Below, one piece after another: positions 24,490 through 36,200 of a stretch of DNA of 64,000 nt. Made by a program: the position numbers and the translations under genes. The notes under the pieces were generated by a model. It was given only the letters and a program-made list of their open reading frames with translations, ran no database searches and was not told the DNA's origin. Each line of letters begins with the position of its first letter. Position 1 is the first letter of the stretch. Source of the DNA: Takakia lepidozioides (Eukaryota; Plantae; Bryophyta); assembly GCA_030704615.1 (NCBI GenBank), contig CM060732.1:49662001-49726000 (forward strand), given 5' to 3'.

Positions 24490-25877
24490 TCAGATGGGCT
24501 TGAAATTGCGATAAGCAAGCACAGCATAGAATGGATCTCTTCCACCCGACTGAAAGATTCCCTGCAACCAACCAAACAAGGGGTTCTGCGATGATGTTTG
24601 GGCACTGGTAGATTCGGGAAGTTTTCTGATCACCTCTGCCTGAGTGAATCCTGTGATGCACTGAAAATACTGCACCACAAGCTGTGTTCGGCTGTATTCA
24701 CTGCCATCACGCCAGGCAGCCACAGCTTTCTCATAGAACATTCGGTTGCTGAAGCTTATGATGCAAATTCCTTCTGGCCGAAGCACTCGGTAAATCTCTG
24801 CAAACACTTTCTCCGGCTGCTGCATGTACTGTACGCTCACTGTGCAGAGAACCGCGTCAAAGCTGCAGTCTGCGTTCTCCAGCTGTGGCTCTGCATTCAG
24901 ATCCTTGACGAAGAAGTGGTCTAGACGTGGATTGCGGGCAAGCTCCGCTGCGTTGAGGCCATGCCCAACCACACGCTTGTACTTCTTCTCCGCTGCAAGC
25001 AAGGGATTTCGTGATCACTGTGCCAGAAGAAGCATTTGAAAATGTATTACCAAAGGGAAGTCAGATAACAATTCTTAGTAACTCGGTTTGACCAGACCAT
25101 AGAAAATCGGCTTGCATCATCGTATTATGAGAATCTGCAAATCTGTCTCACTCATTTCAGCTGTATGACATGAGAAGTGGACAATTCTTAGTCTCAAGAA
25201 TTCTACGTTATCTGTCATGTCATCCACCACCTGAGTTCGAACGAAATGTGCACGAGTAATCCAGCAGAAGCCTACCAAGAACGAGCATCAAGAATCAACA
25301 TGCTTTCTGTGAATTGTTCTTATGAATTCCATCGTCTGGATTAGGTATCTCGATCTCAAATGGAAGCACCAGCAGCAGCATTTGAGCAAGACAGACATCG
25401 CAACCCTTTCGAATTTGCAATGAGCTTGCAGTTACCTGGTAAGTGGCTCACCCAGGAGCTCATCAGATCCAAGACCTCTGCATTTTCAGGGATGCGGTCG
25501 CGATACAGGCCAGTGAGAGTGGCCAGAAACTTGTCATCAACATGCGTCACCAATCTGGGAATAGAGTAGAATGCTCGATCAGATGAGAGATTGAGCTTCA
25601 TTCTTCCTTCATTGCTAAGCACTAGGCGCTGCAGCTGCCCGCCCTTTGTCCCCGTCACGTCGCTGCTGCTGCAGCACGATGCCCCCCCCATAGCCGAGGA
25701 CCTCAACATCGATGATGAAAAGTATGGGCCCAGCAATGGCAAGTACGAATCCAAGGGCCTGAGAAATGAAGACGATGATGACCTGAGTGACGTCGGGAGT
25801 GAAGTAAACCCAATTGAACAAATCCGAGGAGCCAGTGGCCTAGTAACCAATGACGATGTAAGTAAGGAGAGATCCAT
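24490..25877 (-). CDS. Class I SAM-dependent methyltransferase (type 11-like), probably plastid-targeted
   Basis: Exons 25877-25436 and 24992-24490 (phase 1, GT-AG). Ser-rich transit-peptide-like N-terminus; FYSIPRLVTHVDD, VLDLMSSWVSHLP, GHGLNAAELARNPRL, FDAVLCTVSVQY, SFSNRMF and DPFYAV. Confidence 0.92.
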
Positions 25878-27294
25878 AGTACGCGCCACACCTTCTGCCT
25901 CACAAACACTAGTAAGTAAATCTTCACAACGTTAGGCGGAATCAGCTCATTCTCTCTGCCTTAACCCCTTTGAGCTCCCCGTGGAAGTCATAGAGTTGCT
26001 TGCTTCCTGCCTAGTCTTCGCAAAATTTTCACAACTTTTCCGCCATGATGAAACAGAAGGTGGAAACTAGAAAAATCTTCGGTCGATCTGAGCTCGTGGC
26101 CACACACTAGCAGAGCTCCTTCTTCCGGATTGCATCACATAGTTCTCATACTAGAAATTCCGTGTCATTCATCCTGCCACCCTCTTGACCGAAAAAGAAC
26201 GATTCCCAGTTCGAATATCGTTTCCATTCCAGAGTTCCAATTAACGTAAACTGCCAAGGTGTTCATAACGCCAGAGGATTGTTACTAATCACTTTGTGTT
26301 CTCAAGCTTGAAATTCAGCTTGGATTGTGCCCTGAGAAGTACAAACAGTGAAGGGAAAGCAAGGAACGGTTACAGCAGTGATGGTGGGAAAGGGATCCAT
26401 CGCCCTTTCACCTGAACATTCCATCTTCAACGTTACACACACACAGCGGTTGCATGCCGCTTGCTGGAACCCTTCATCCCCTTCCACTCTTTCCCTTCAC
26501 TCTCGACTATCTTGTACCTAGACCTTCACCATCTGTTACTTGTTCATTTTTTGTGGTGCCGAGAGGCTCCCCTTAACCTTTCTGTTGAACCTGTGCTAGT
26601 CACAGTTGCGTGAATTATAATTGTGTAGACAAACTTTGCTTGTCTCGCATTTCGATTTGCAGAGGAGAGAAAGAGAGAGAGAGCTGCACTGAATGTATAG
26701 GTTCACGATTTCATGTGGGATTGGATTTCGGAATTGCGTCCTTCATTTCTGGAACTCTCGTCACTTGCCCAAAGTGTACAGAATGTGGGTTGTTTGTTTC
26801 TGCCTGGAAAGGGGTTATCCATTCTGGCATTTTCCTGAATGTCGAGAGGAGGCCAGAATGTGGCCAGTGAGAAAAATCTAATCGCACTCAGAGGTTTGAG
26901 GCTTGCCACTCCAAACGGGTTCGAGTTGTTTGTGATCAAGGAAGTCACGAATTGTGGATGGAAATGGGTGTACATGAGTGAGCACCCATCCGGCTGTAAA
27001 TTGCAGTCTTCGCCAGTTGATCAGATCCGGTGCATATTCTGCCTATCACTGTTTCCTCCTTTTCGCGCATGCGAGATGGATAACTGCCAGGGACGTGAAC
27101 TGGGACTTGCAGTAGCTTTTGCAATACAAGTCTTGGTTCTTCAACCAATCGTCTCCCGGAGATCAACCGATAATTTCTGTGGAAAAGTTGACGACGATCT
27201 TGAGAGTAATGTATATTGAGCCATGAGGGAGACTGATAATATGTTTCTTGACCTTCACAGCCACCAGAAAGATACAGCTGGAGAAGTTTTGAAG

Positions 27295-30200
27295 ATGGGG
27301 AATAGGAGTTTCATGCGTAAAGGTATATTGGAACTACGAGCACTGGCGCATGTAACCTGGCGAGGCCACACCCGGAGGACCCTATAATGAACATACAGAA
27401 AAAATCCTGCTGAAAGGCTGCTGAAAGGCCGCCCACTGGAACATACTCAGGGATGTCATGAGTTGTTGCAAGCGTCTGACTCACTATGGATCTCATAGTC
27501 AGTAGTGGTTGCGGACTCATCCACTGACTCTCATAATTCACCACGGCATCTTGCTCAATCTGCTAATTTCGCAAGGTTCTCCGTACCACAGCTGAGCAGA
27601 ATTTGCTGGAGTTCTGTGACAGGTGATCCACTGCTCTGTACATCACACCCGTATGCTACTAGGGGCTGGATTCTATCTCAACGATCACGATGGAGCGGGA
27701 ATGTACATGTGAGCCACCGCTTGTAAAAACACAAGACGAGAGAGTAGATTTCTGGGCAATGTTGATCTGCCCAATGCAGTTCTCTGAGGCTATTCACCAA
27801 CACTTGCCAGCTGCGAGGGCTTAGTACGTTGCATTTTCAATTTAAAAGGTGCAGGTTGGGGCGGGTAGAGCAGTGGAGGCACTTAAATAGAGAAAGAACA
27901 GCTTTTGGTGGAGACTCCATGGTGGTAGCATCAGAGGAGAACAAGTTAGTGAACACCCTGCAGGCAGATGATGCTGTCCTAATCAGGGTAAGTGGGGGAG
28001 AGTCTAAACGTCTAAACCCTCCCTTGCTCCCTCCTCACCTCTCTCGAACTTTAGATCTTTGGGCTTCCATGGAATTTATTCTCATGTTTCACATGGTGCT
28101 TTCCCCAGAAACTTCATTAAGATTCCCATCCAAGTGTACTACATAGTCTCGTCAACAATCATAAGGCCAGCAGAGTAAAAAACTTAACCCAAATGTTCTC
28201 TAGGGCTTGTGCATAATTGGCTACAATTCAGTTACAGGGAAATGAAGTATTCTTTTAAGGGCAGTAATAGACCACAGCATAGAAAGCATGATGAGCATTA
28301 CCACACGGCTACCTTAGCATTTTCTCTCAACAGAGATGTGATATAGGTGGTGACTTTGGCTGCATTTCCACTCATACTTTTTAAGGATCAGAGAACCTCA
28401 AATAGGACACAGATAGGAAGGGAGGTAGGGCACCAGGAACCATGTGGGGTCCCCTAGCTGAACAGCTGAAAGTTGGTTGTGGAAACAGCTTTGCGGGACA
28501 TATGCGAGTACAATGACATCAGTGAGGAGCAGCTGGTGTTGGTGCCTGAGAGCATCACTTCAATCGAAATGTTTCTCTATAATTTTCCACACATTTGCTG
28601 CATGTCCTTCTTCCCAAATCTTGTGTCGCTTTCGCTCATCCAGCAGAACCTCGTTTCCATTGAGGGCCTCCACTGCTGCCCAAACCTTGAGCTGCTTCGC
28701 CTCAGTGAGAACAGTATTCAAAGGTACTGTAAAGGATGGTTGCTTACCATCTAGCCCAAATCTGCTGGGTCTGTTTGCATCTGTCTCTGTGTGTCTCCAT
28801 GTTAGAGGGTATGGCAAGACAATGCCAAAAACTGGGAAACACCTCTATCACATCATAAAAAGCTGTAATAAGAAAGCTGGAAGGCCAGAATTAACTGCAT
28901 ATTGAAACTCATGCTGTGACAATAGTGGGCATATTTTGCTCTCCTCCCATCCCCTCTCCCCCTTTCTCTGTTTGCGGACGTTATAAAGCACCATTTCATT
29001 TCATTTCTGCTTGTGAAGTTGCTTTTGGGCTGCTTGTCAAGGGCCCCTCCCTCTTTCTTGTTTCTTGCTTTCTCTCATCTCACAAGCTCTTTGAGCTTTC
29101 TGCAGACATTATAGAGTACCATTTCATTTCTGCTCATGTCTATAGCCACAAGCCACGTTAACTGAAGTCTAATGAGTCTTGGAAGCAAGACAAGTAGCTG
29201 AAGAGTTTTGAAGTCCGGGAAAAGTTCCAACTAAGTGGGTTGATTGTTAAGTCAGCTGGGAAAATGGACACCCACATGGCTAATGTCTTGGCATGGCGGA
29301 GGGAAATTTCCGACCAACTGTTTGAGTTCTCCTCTGAACGAGAGGCCCTTTCTGAAAGCATCTAGAAGGCTGTTACTGCTCACACTTCCAGAGGCTCACA
29401 GCTCGCCCATCTAGGGTCTGAATGTTCGGTGGATCACAGCTAGCACCATTGTACATGTCTATCTCTCTCTCTGTCTCTGTCTCTCACAACAAGGCTACAA
29501 CAAACAAGTCTTATGAGCACATTCTCTCTCTCTCACCTCTCTCTGTCATTTCTTTCTGTGGCCTCCTATAGGTTTTTCCTTTCTCTTCTTCGTTGGTTGA
29601 ATTGTGGCTTTATAATTGTCACTTGTGACTGGTTGTTGGGGGCCCCACTTTCTGGGGCTTTTCCGTTGTCCCATAAGCTCTCTGAGTGACCTATGGATGT
29701 TGTAAAGTTGCATCCTCCCTTGAGTTTCTCTTCTCTACCTATGACCCTCTCTCCTAAGTAGATCTTTGGTTTTTGTGTCTAGGATATGTTAATATATGCA
29801 TCTCTCTGTGTTGCCCATGGACCCTCTGGGCCCTCCTGTGGATGTAATAGTTTTCTTTCTTTCTCGCGGACGTTAAAAAGATAAGAATGCAGATGTCGTA
29901 AAGCACCATTTCATTTCATTTCTCTCCCTCTTTTCTGAGGGCATTGGGGAGGTTCAGGGTGGGCTCCCACTGATAGGTGGGAAAACCTGCAACGTGAGGA
30001 CCACCTATGCCCCACTTGTTCTGGGAACAACAGGGAAATGAAAAGTGAGAACATTTCTTCTTTCATCGCCCTTTCTACTATGAGATCCGTAGGAGATCAA
30101 TTCTTGTTTCTTTGTTTCTCTTGTCCGATAAGCTCTTTGAGCTTTCCATGGACCTTATGACGTACCATGTCATTTCATTTCACTCTCCACAGTGTCAGTC

Positions 30201-33200
30201 AGTACTGTCCAGGTGAAGTACTGCCAGAATTATCCTAATTGAAATTCAGCACCGTTTAACAAAGACTGAAATCTTATTGGAATTTCCTCAATGTGATTAA
30301 AGGCCTTGCCATCATAAGTTGATTTCATTCTGGGAAGACGCTTGCTTGTGCAGAATTGAGGGGTTGGGCAACTGCTTGAAGCTGAAGGAGCTCTTCTTGC
30401 AAAGCAACCGCATCACACGCATCAGCAATATATCACACCTCTTAAGTCTTGAAGTATTGTGGTTGTCCAACAATGAGATACGGTGTGTGGAAGGCCTTGA
30501 CAACCTCCCACTTAAAGAGCTGAGCTTGGCCAAAAATCCCATCAGCCAACTTGGCGAGATTCTGAACATGAAAGCCCTGGAGTTTTTGAATGTATCTGCC
30601 ACTGATATTGGCTCCTTCAAGGTAGCGGCATGAAAAACATCTTCATTATTGTAGATGTATGTCTTGAATGTTCACCATCACACAGGAAATTCCAAGTGAA
30701 TGTGGGAAGTCTCACTGTACTCTTGTGAGTGTGCATATGATTTTGCAGGAGGGTGCAATAAGTTTTCCTTGACTGCTTTGCAACTTTGCTGTGCTTATGA
30801 GGATCCCAGCAAGATTTGAGGCATGGAAGGTGTCTAAGGGCTCACGAAAGCTTTGCCTGACTGGCAGGTGCCCTTACATATAGACCCAGGCGGTAAACTG
30901 ATGTCCTTCATTCATTAATTCAACCTTTGAACTGAATCTGCTAGGATGGGAAGAACATCTATAAAGAGAACCGCACTTCCCATCTTAGTAGCTGGAGGAG
31001 GTAAGGGGAATAAGCTGTTAAAAAGCTTATTGACATTCCCAGAACATCCAACATTTTGACCAACAAACTGATTTTGTGACATAAGTGGGTGGAGCTGCAG
31101 GAGATTGGCAACCTGACGCGATTGAAGAATTTGAAAGACCTCCGTTTCTCTGACCCACAATGGGGGGATAGTCCTCTCGCCTTGCTTCACAACTACCAGG
31201 TATGTGTGTAAACTGATCTAGTGTTTGCATCTCAGACCCTTGACCTGTGGAAAGGCTCTCTCATGTTTGACAGTAACTGTGCATTGGCTCAGACTTGGGA
31301 TTAATAGTTCTAGCCAGAATGTCGCTATCATTTACACTGATTTCTAGGCTGATTATATGGTATCCAAATGGGGAGTACTGAGCTGAGTCCAACCTGCTTA
31401 CAAGTGTGCTTCATGACTCCTTACCAACCTAATACTGCTGAGAACAGGTGCATCAACTTTGCCAAATTGATCCATCATCAGCAGATGCCTTTCGTGTAAT
31501 TTTGCTTGCAAAGCTGAAATATATGGCATGTTGGAAAATCTGCTAGTAATTTGCCTTGAAATAGCACACTTTGGTTTGAAGACTTCATTCACTGAGATTG
31601 TGGAGGGCCTGCAGACCTACATTCTGTTCCGCCTCCGACACTTGCAATCACTGGACACAGTGGACTTGACTGAGGAGGGAAAACAGGCAGCCAAGGCCAT
31701 GTACACAAGGAAGAGGGTTCACTACAATATGTGCATCAAATCACTGCAGCAGAGCCGAATTAATGGCAGCAACGTTGCGTTTAAAGTAGAATCCCGGCGG
31801 ATAAAAATCTTGCAAAAGTGAGCTCGATTCTCTTTCACAGACTTTTTAATATCTTTTCTTGCTCCCAAAATGATTCAGCCTGTTCCTTTAACTTCAATAA
31901 CAGAACTCATAAACATTCTGAACTCTGAAAGAATATCGTCTTTCCCACAGAAATGGTGCCTCATGAAACTTCACAATAGGTTTCTGATGAAATGTTAAGA
32001 TCCAAACACACACCGAGTAATCAGCTGTAGTGCTTACCAATATGCACAAACATACCGTGAGGTTTGAGGCAGCATCCAGTCCCTAGAATCATCCTTTTCA
32101 TTTAAGTGTGTTTTTTTCTTTTATTGCAGAATGCTTGCCAAGTTGATCAAGACCCACAAGGATCTCGAGAAAGAGATCAGTGATGCATCAGAGATGGAGG
32201 GACCTGGGCAGGGCGACCCGGGGGCTACAATAATGGTGGCTAATCCTGGTGAGTCTGAGGAGTGGTTGATTCAGGTGAAGGGCAAGGTGACCATAGTGGA
32301 CCAACAAATCTTGTGTTTGATGAAACGCCTGGACTTTCTACGCACTGACATGCAGTTGGGTAAGGCCAAAGAGCAGGCTGCCATTGACTTGACTATCCAC
32401 TGGCTTATGGTTGAGCTTGACACAGGTTTGTGATCACTCTCTTCCCCTCCTTGCCCTTCGTATTGTGCCAATGGTCTGTGAAATCTGCCCCTCTGGATTT
32501 CATCGAGGTATTCTTACCACCACCTATAGAAAGAGAAGAAATGAAATGATATGGTACTGTATAAAAAGAAATGAAATGAAATGGTGCTTTATAACGCCGC
32601 GGAAAGCTCATAAAAAGAGAAAGAGAAGAAAAAGAAAAATTGAATACATCCACAGAGAGCGCTGTACCTTATACAAAAAATTGGCAATGGCTTCAGAAGC
32701 AGAAAGGCAACAAAGTGCATGTTGAGTATCTGCTCTGTGGCGAGACGCTACAAGCAGCTGATGAGCTCCAATGGATCATTGAAGAGGGGTTTCCTTTCTC
32801 ACCTGACTATCTTCCAAACGGATACCAAGGGCCTGTTCTTCTTTCCAATTCTGTTGGCCTTGCTGACAGGTGCCGGATGCAGGTATGTCCCAGTAACTGG
32901 GCTCATTTCTGTCTCTGTATTGATGGCAGAGGGCGACATTGGCGGTGTTCAAATCAAAATTAGTTTGTCTAGAATGATAATGTTGTGCTAAAACTGAACA
33001 TGTAGTCCACCCTGGGGTCTGATTGTTATCATCTGTGCACGAGCATCACAGCCATTCGTTTTTATTCTGATTTGAGACTCATAATAGAGTTTCTTGTAGT
33101 TCTACTTTGTCCTTGGGCTCTCTGGCCCCACAATGTAATAAATTTCTCTTTCCTTCTTTCGTCTTCTTCTGCCTCTTTTGTTAGTGGACATAAATATCCT

Positions 33201-36200
33201 CCTCGTCTTTGAGAGAGGACTTACAGCTGAGGTGCTGAATCTCTTAGCAGCTTACCTGCATGAAGCACTCCGTCTCCAGCAATGTTTACACTCTCGATAG
33301 CTGTACTGTGGGCCTCCTGTCGACATAATAAATATTCGTTAGGCTAGCAATAAAATGTTGCACAATGGTAACAAGCTGAAGCTTCTTCAGAGTCTTTGAT
33401 GCACATATGGACTTGAGGACTCCCTGAAGGGCAAGAGCTTTCTTTAGTGAATCTGTGAGGCTAGAGGAACATTGTTTGAACAGCTAAGTTCCCCTACTGC
33501 TTCATGGAGTCCACCTTCAAAAGGAGGAGTTCCCTCTTGTGTCAAGCCTTCCACGATGGTAGTGTGCCCCCCTTTGCTCCCCTCCACCTTCCGCACTTCT
33601 CTGTCCAGCCTGTGTGCGTGGTTGAGACATATCGCAAAGTCTAATGAGTAAATTCCCTAGCTAGTAGATTTCTGAATGCAATTTGCTAAACAGGCCATTG
33701 CAGAGCAGTCACAAAAGACCACATGGAGAGGAAGAGCAACAGGGTGGCTATTAGTGGTTAAGACCTCTCTGGGAAATTCAGTGCGGGACCATAGCCATGA
33801 TTTTACAAGGAACCCTCGTGTCCCATTTTCAAAGACTGGAAAGACATATGAAACTGGTGAGACCCCGACACCCAATCTCATGGCTGAAGGAGCATTTGCT
33901 AATCCTAAAAATCAAATGAGAGGTGAATCGCACCAACCACTGTGTACATTTAGGGGAGTCAATGCTAGAGGGTTTTTTACAATAGCAGCAGGTCCATTCT
34001 GTCTACGACAGCCACTGAGTGGACCCAAAAAGGTGCTATTCACAGGTCCACTATAACGTCCCTCTCAAATCTTCCACCCAATTCTTGAGTGGCTTCCACT
34101 GCATACATCCATTGTAGATGCTGATGGTATGTGAAGCAAGGACATATGCTCTCAGTATGGGATGTGCAGCACGGGTGACCCTATTAGATGGTTCACCAAG
34201 CTGGCACCCATCCATGTCTTGAAGGTTTTCAAACTGGGCAAGTTATGCAAGCTGATTCTATCACAAGTGTGCTGGCAATGCTGACAGTTAGTGTGTGTCT
34301 TGAGGTTGGGTTTGAGGCGGAGATGCTGGGCTCTACCCAACTTATGAAATCATGCTCTATTGTGCCTCATTGCAGCTGATGGAGATCTGATAGTTGCAGA
34401 AAAGAAGTCATCTTACCCGACTGCAGATTCAGTCTACAGATCACACCCACTGGACCCAGCGCAGCGCTGGTGGTCGGTGTTTGATGTCTCCCTTGTTGTT
34501 CCTGAGTATCTTGTTGAGTTTGAATACAAGTTTAAGAGCACCAATCCAGGGGGTGGAGAACTTACCCTCCCCTCGCAGAAGGGAGCTAAAATCTCCAAGG
34601 TCAAGCCTTTCTCTACTGGAGCAGTGGAGAATTTTGCTGTCAGCAAACATGGCTTGAATGGAGGTTGGCTTCCACTATCTGACCCTGAGGCCTTCTCTTT
34701 TCCGAGCCTCGAATCCCAGATCCCTGACTCTTGTATCATAGAAGCTTGCAGCCCAATACGGCCCCTTTGCCAGCCAGGAAACCACACTACCCTCTCCAAT
34801 CAATTTCTCATGAGGAGAAACGGATTTATGGACCTCTATCATGTATCCTGCTATTGTTTAAAACACAATCCTTTCAAGTATGCCACTTGTCAGAATGTTC
34901 CACTGACATCTGACTAAATGCATATCTGAATTCTGATGAAGTAGCACTGGCTGTGTGCAGGTCCTGGATGGGAAGAATGTGGAAGGCGGTGAGCTGGCAG
35001 AGACACGGGGCAAGTACACAGGTCGCCTTACTCGTGAAGTGCTTCAAGAGTGTTTAGGCCACAATCAGTTCAGCACTCTCAAGGTGCATTACCTTTATAC
35101 TAATGTCGGTTTAACATGCGACCCATCTTGACTTTTATTTCTATGCTGCTACCCCTCCTCATCCTTGGGTCATGCCAACGTGACTATGTAGCAGGGAAAT
35201 TCTCATAGGCATCTGTGTACAGGTGCTAGATTTGTAAGAGCAGAGGATCCGGCATTGTGGGGAGGTTTTTGAGAGTGTGGAGCTGCAGGGTTTGATGGAG
35301 CTCAATCTCAATGACAACTTGCTGTGTTCTGCTCAATCCCTGAGGTCTCTTCCTGGACCAGGATGCTTTGAGCATTTTGAATAATTGAATGTCTGCTTAG
35401 CTCATATCATCAATTCAGAGCCTCCTGTTGTCTCTAATCAATTAGCAGCATGCCTTTGGAGTTGTTTAGTATGTAACTCAATTTGGCAAGTCCTTGCTAT
35501 TTGCCATACCAGAGGCACACTTGCCTCATAGATGGGTACTATTAGTTGCAGCTTCATGGAGCTCTCTCTAATTAATGTGTCTTTATTTCTGTATCTTTTC
35601 TCTCTGAAATCTCTTTTTCTTCCCCTGTCCTTGAGGCCCCCTGTAGATGTTTTACGATTTCTTTGTAGATTCATCTTCAACCAGCAGGAAATTGAGATTG
35701 TGAAATCATACCGGTACCTAGGTCTGGTTATCCACTCCCCCAAGTTTCACTTTGCAGCCACAGCCTTGGACAGATTGGCTAAAGGTAAGGCGGCCTCCGT
35801 CCGCCTTCAGGCCAAATGTAAGCAAATACATCTGCGGCATCCCCCGACCAAAAAGTGGCTGTTTGACACTGTCGTCAGCCCTGCTACCATCTATGGTTGT
35901 GAGTTCTGGGCACCTGGTGTCCCTGTCTCCTGGTGGGAAAAGAATTTGGAACCATTACAGTCATCTTTTCTCCAAGCAATGCTTGGCGCCAGGAGCACAA
36001 CTCCATCTCAGATCCTAGGTGCAGAGTTCGCATGTGTACCATTGCAATCCGAGGCCCTCTTCAGGCTTACAATCTTTCTCCATAGATTGCAGGCCCTTCC
36101 ACCCAAAGGGCTAGTGGCAAGGGCCCTCACAACATCTATGAGGCTCAAAGCTGCAGGTTTCAGGAACTCCTGGTATGCTCGAGTGGACAGTTTATTTCAA

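Noticed and set aside
25961-25975. Second piggyBac end (TTAACCCCTTTGAG)
   Set aside because: No matching inverted partner was found in the window.
26610-27219. Separate gene between the methyltransferase and LRRC9
   Set aside because: Short ORFs on both strands with no recognisable motif; more likely LRRC9 5' UTR or intron.
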